A DNA stretch of 64,000 bases, taken from the sequence record OZ209057.1. The stretch is one strand, 5' to 3'. The position numbers and the translations under genes are program-made. This DNA comes from Escherichia phage T4. Within the stretch, counting starts at the first letter, position 1. Each line of letters starts with the position of its first letter. Below the pieces are notes generated by a model that worked only from the letters and a program-made list of their open reading frames with translations, ran no database searches and had not been told where the DNA came from. Positions 60,540-64,000 of the stretch are shown in pieces.

Positions 60540-60883
60540 CTAGTACTCAATCCTCGATTATAAGAATCTACCAAACGGTCAACCATTGAATGACAAGCGG
60601 CTTTATCTTTCTCCTCCGCAACTGAACATTCTAAGGTATTCCACTTTTTAGCATATCGTTTTAACAATGTATCGTTTTTGTATCTGCTTGATTTATCTCT
60701 TTCTCCGTCTTTATATGCATATATTAATTTCTGTGCAAATTCAGCTTGGCATGCCTTATTTTTCCCACAATAATCTGCCGCAGTGCGGTTTACATATTCT
60801 CTAATTTCAGTATATGATGTATCTGCTGACGCAGAAGCAGAAAATGAAATTAATCCTATACATAAAACCAAAATTTTAGTCAT
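60536..60883 (-). CDS. vs: secreted small protein, position/size consistent with Vs (valyl-tRNA synthetase modifier)
   Basis: 115 aa; N-terminal signal peptide; assignment by synteny. Confidence 0.45.
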   Translation of the reverse strand: MTKILVLCIGLISFSASASADTSYTEIREYVNRTAADYCGKNKACQAEFAQKLIYAYKDGERDKSSRYKNDTLLKRYAKKWNTLECSVAEEKDKAACHSMVDRLVDSYNRGLSTR

Positions 60884-61421
60884 TTACTATTTCCAAAAGT
60901 TTATTATTTTTAAGGTAATTAGCCTTTTCTAGGACTTCAGAAGCATATTTAGAACCTGCTTTAACATTCCATCCCGAATTATAAGAGGATATTGCTTTTC
61001 TTATATCGCCCTTATGTATATTTAACCAATAAGAAAGTTCAATGTACGCCCAGGAAGCTGAATTGGATCGTTTATTCAACATTCTTTTTATTTCAGCATC
61101 GGTCATATTATAACCAAGTTCCTTAACTCTTGCTCGCATAGTAGGCAAATAATTTTGGAACATTCCGTAGGCGTGATGCTTTGGTTTAGATTTTAAATTA
61201 ACTCCGCCAGAGCTTTCTTGCCATAAAATGGCAGCCATTATATGACCTAATCCGCTCTTGTGGATATTTTTGTGTGTTTTATATTTTCCATCCTTAGAAA
61301 ATTGTTCCCCGAATTGATACGCGTAACGCATGTTATCGAGTTGGACATTACTGAAAGTATGCTCGGAGCTATGTGCCATCATTGAAATGGCCAATAGACC
61401 AGCGAGTAGTGCTTTTCTCAT
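60876..61421 (-). CDS. periplasmic lytic transglycosylase-like protein (vs.1 position)
   Basis: 181 aa; signal peptide; ILWQESSGG ... YGMFQ SLT-domain motifs. Confidence 0.65.
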   Translation of the reverse strand: MRKALLAGLLAISMMAHSSEHTFSNVQLDNMRYAYQFGEQFSKDGKYKTHKNIHKSGLGHIMAAILWQESSGGVNLKSKPKHHAYGMFQNYLPTMRARVKELGYNMTDAEIKRMLNKRSNSASWAYIELSYWLNIHKGDIRKAISSYNSGWNVKAGSKYASEVLEKANYLKNNKLLEIVND

Positions 61422-61428
61422 GCTTACC

Positions 61429-61890
61429 TCATTGAGTTTTAATTACTGCTTTAGAAGCCTTTCCTGGTAAACGACGACTGTTGATAATTGCCATCCTACA
61501 TTGAAGTGACGGGTCTTTGAACTTCTCGTTAGGTTTACAAACTGTAAATCCAAGCCAAAGATTTCCATCTGTGATTTCTAAACGTCCAGGACGATATTCA
61601 ACCCCATCAATAAAATCCTCGTCAATGTCAGGACGCGGAGGCATACTCAGGAATTCATTAACTTCTAAAACATGGTCTTTTATTTTATGGAATAATTCAA
61701 AAACGTATGTCTCATCAATCTCCCGTTGAATTGCGCGATCAAGAAGATGTTGAGAATATTTTAGATGAAACGATGAGACTCCTGCTGCTTTTGATGCCTC
61801 ACGAATCTCATTGTTAATTTGACGAAACTCCGACTCAAAGTGACGACGAAGCTTATTTCGACGGATAAAAACTTCTGTATTGATAGTCAT
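61429..61890 (-). CDS. regB: RegB site-specific endoribonuclease
   Basis: 153 aa; size and synteny match T4 RegB. Confidence 0.8.
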   Translation of the reverse strand: MTINTEVFIRRNKLRRHFESEFRQINNEIREASKAAGVSSFHLKYSQHLLDRAIQREIDETYVFELFHKIKDHVLEVNEFLSMPPRPDIDEDFIDGVEYRPGRLEITDGNLWLGFTVCKPNEKFKDPSLQCRMAIINSRRLPGKASKAVIKTQ

Positions 61891-61926
61891 GTTATTCTCC
61901 TCTTAACTGATAGAAAAATTATACCA

Positions 61927-61956
61927 CAGTCAAGAGGAAAAGTAAACAGTTATTCT
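61927..61956 (-). promoter_or_regulatory. early-type promoter GTTTAC-N18-TATAAT upstream of regB
   Basis: plus strand attata 61927..61932, gtaaac 61951..61956. Confidence 0.6.
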
Positions 61957-62270
61957 TTAAATCTAATCAATTTATTCATAGACTTTGAAACTTCGGCACG
62001 AACCTCATGTAGATTTTTGAGCTGTTCAAGACGCTGCGTATAGTAAGCAATTTCATCTTCTTCGAGACAGTCCTGCGAATCTTCTTTAAGATAACGTGCA
62101 TAGTCCTGGAAAGCGTTACGGACTACTTCCTGGAAGTCATCAAGACTTTGAATTTTCTTAGGAGCAACAGATACACGACGAGGGGCAGTATAATACTCAT
62201 AACCAAACCCTGCGCTTAATTGAGCCATTAGTATTTTTCCTCTGGTTGGAACACTGCACGACAAGCCCAC
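61950..62270 (-). CDS. hypothetical protein (vs.3 position)
   Basis: 106 aa ORF. Confidence 0.5.
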   Translation of the reverse strand: MGLSCSVPTRGKILMAQLSAGFGYEYYTAPRRVSVAPKKIQSLDDFQEVVRNAFQDYARYLKEDSQDCLEEDEIAYYTQRLEQLKNLHEVRAEVSKSMNKLIRFKE

Positions 62271-62530
62271 ATACTGGCTTCTTTGAGTTTCGTTTTAGCA
62301 ATAGTTAACTGATCGAGACTTTCAGCATAATTCTTCGCGAATTCACAGTCTTCGCAATTATCTAGTGCTTCCCAGAATTCATCATATAAAGCATCAAAGA
62401 TAAGTCCTAAACGAACTTCAGCGTCTTTAATAGCATTTACTTTACCGATTTTCTCTTCAGTATGTGGTTTATAACCCTTAATATCTTCAATCATATTTGA
62501 CTTCCTCACCAGTACATAAATCGTATTCAA
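62228..62530 (-). CDS. acb2: vs.4-position protein; I recall T4 Vs.4 being Acb2, a cyclic-oligonucleotide sponge that counters CBASS
   Basis: about 90-100 aa ORF at the vs.4 position counted from regB; identity rests on synteny and recollection. Confidence 0.5.
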   Translation of the reverse strand: MNTIYVLVRKSNMIEDIKGYKPHTEEKIGKVNAIKDAEVRLGLIFDALYDEFWEALDNCEDCEFAKNYAESLDQLTIAKTKLKEASMWACRAVFQPEEKY

Positions 62531-62708
62531 CTAAACGAATAGGTTCATGAATGCCATAGCCTTGAACAGAAATTTCTGTCGTAGGATAAATTCCATCAAT
62601 ATCACCCATATTCCACGCTTCATTAAATTGCTGTTCGCCTGAGTTACTAAACCACTCGGCGAAAGCATTTAGCACATCTTCAGAACCTTCAATAATTATC
62701 TTTGCCAT
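62487..62708 (-). CDS. hypothetical small protein (vs.5 position)
   Basis: 73 aa ORF. Confidence 0.5.
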   Translation of the reverse strand: MAKIIIEGSEDVLNAFAEWFSNSGEQQFNEAWNMGDIDGIYPTTEISVQGYGIHEPIRLVEYDLCTGEEVKYD

Positions 62709-63070
62709 TACAAACTTTCAGTAAAGGTACGAGCGATAACGTCGCGCTGCTGTTCCGGAGTCAGAGAGTTAAAGCGAACTGCATAACCGGATACACGGAT
62801 GGTCAGCTGCGGATATTTTTCCGGATGCTTAACTGCATCTTCCAGAGTTTCACGACGCAGAACGTTAACGTTCAGGTGTTGACCACCTTCAATTTTAACT
62901 GTAGGTTGTGGCTCAATTTCAATTTCACGGGCATGCAAACCATAGAAAATTTCTGGGTCTACAAAAGAGTCCTCTTTAAAGGTTTTAGAGACAATAATTC
63001 GTGCTTGAATACCATCTTCAAAATAAATAGTACCTTTATGTGTGCCTTCAAGAATTTGATATGCTTTCAT
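62708..63070 (-). CDS. autonomous glycyl-radical domain protein (GrcA/YfiD-like 'spare part' for pyruvate formate-lyase), vs.6 position
   Basis: 120 aa; C-terminal [25 protein letters not shown] glycyl-radical motif. Confidence 0.75.
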   Translation of the reverse strand: MKAYQILEGTHKGTIYFEDGIQARIIVSKTFKEDSFVDPEIFYGLHAREIEIEPQPTVKIEGGQHLNVNVLRRETLEDAVKHPEKYPQLTIRVSGYAVRFNSLTPEQQRDVIARTFTESL

Positions 63071-63077
63071 ATAAACC

Positions 63078-63458
63078 TCAATTAGAAAATAAATTTATCC
63101 AAGATTGTTCTTTAATTAAAAATGGCTCAGAATCATATGCCATTAAACTTTGCGTAATTAATCCTTTAAAAGGTCCATCAATAAATTCCATGGTAAAATA
63201 TGGAATTTTATTCATTAGCCGTGCATTAGGAGCAGTGCACAAAACTCTGCATCCTTTGAATACGCCTTTTTGTAATTTGTATTGCTTGGGATAAAATTCG
63301 CTCAAAATGTTATTTTTTGCCAAAATTTCAAAATGATTCACCAATTTATTTTTAATAGTTTTTGGCGAAAAATAAAGATATTCGAAAAGCTGAGTGTCTG
63401 TCATCATTGCATTCCGATTACGAAAAACTGTGGACGAGTAATACCACCAATGCAACAT
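63078..63458 (-). CDS. hypothetical protein (vs.7 position)
   Basis: 126 aa ORF. Confidence 0.5.
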   Translation of the reverse strand: MLHWWYYSSTVFRNRNAMMTDTQLFEYLYFSPKTIKNKLVNHFEILAKNNILSEFYPKQYKLQKGVFKGCRVLCTAPNARLMNKIPYFTMEFIDGPFKGLITQSLMAYDSEPFLIKEQSWINLFSN

Positions 63459-63979
63459 TTACTATTACAGCAGTAGTGTACGGTGTCAATATGGACACTA
63501 TAAATCTTATCCATATCAGGAGATTTGACAGGCTCATCAATTATATACAAAATTCGCGAAAGCTTTAAACCTCTGAACTTGCTTCCTTTATTACCAATAA
63601 AACTGCGTACAGAATCAGTAAATAAACGAAAACGTATATCATCATTAGAATAACGCGAAAATTCCTTTTTGATGTTATTTGCAGAAATTTTAGCATAAGC
63701 TGAAGTATTAGAAAGAACAATAACTGTTCCGCCATCATACAACCAATTAGCAGCAAAGTTAGTCACAGCAATTGATTTACCGGATTGACGTCCACCATCT
63801 AGTCGAAGTGTACAATACTGTTTAAGTAAGTCTTCAAATGGCGGGATATATTCGTTTTTACAAATTTCTTCTACTCTAGCATCAGAATGGTGTGTAAAAG
63901 CATTCATCAGGGATAGATAAGGACCAGTTAAAAATGTTCTCATTTCTTCTCTATAAGTTTGGGCCATTCCGTGGCGCAT
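63404..63979 (-). CDS. P-loop-containing hypothetical protein (vs.8 position)
   Basis: 191 aa; DGGRQSGKS Walker-A-like motif. Confidence 0.5.
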   Translation of the reverse strand: MRHGMAQTYREEMRTFLTGPYLSLMNAFTHHSDARVEEICKNEYIPPFEDLLKQYCTLRLDGGRQSGKSIAVTNFAANWLYDGGTVIVLSNTSAYAKISANNIKKEFSRYSNDDIRFRLFTDSVRSFIGNKGSKFRGLKLSRILYIIDEPVKSPDMDKIYSVHIDTVHYCCNSKCCIGGITRPQFFVIGMQ

Positions 63980-64000
63980 GAATTGTCCATTTCTGTATTT

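Overview
This window reads as the first ~64 kb of a bacteriophage T4 (T-even Escherichia phage) genome, from rIIA (12..2189) to the vs.8 region just upstream of denV. Identification is from my memory of T4 protein sequences, lengths and gene order, not from a database search. Nearly every gene is on the minus strand: early and middle genes for replication, recombination, nucleotide metabolism and host takeover. Seen directly in the sequence: the gene 60 50-nt translational bypass (GGA take-off, UAG, UUCG hairpin, GGA landing); the mobA HNH gene lying between topoisomerase genes 39 and 60; a 1033-nt group I intron carrying I-TevII inside nrdD; seven homing-endonuclease genes; C(UUCG)G-type terminator hairpins; and GTTTAC-N18-TAnnnT early promoters. 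The clearest departure from the T4 reference as I remember it is an internal ~0.84 kb deletion in beta-glucosyltransferase, leaving a 58-codon N-terminal stub out of frame with the last 13 codons. I found no tRNA, CRISPR array, integrase or obviously foreign inserted cassette, so I cannot point to a previously undescribed system. The most open items are uncharacterised small ORFs and paralog arrays: a four-gene coiled-coil family, an AAA ATPase plus nucleotidyltransferase-fold pair, and a plus-strand membrane micro-gene between dam and gene 61. CDS coordinates include the stop codon. Several starts were moved off the ORF-track start where that start is GTG/TTG or lies upstream of the promoter.
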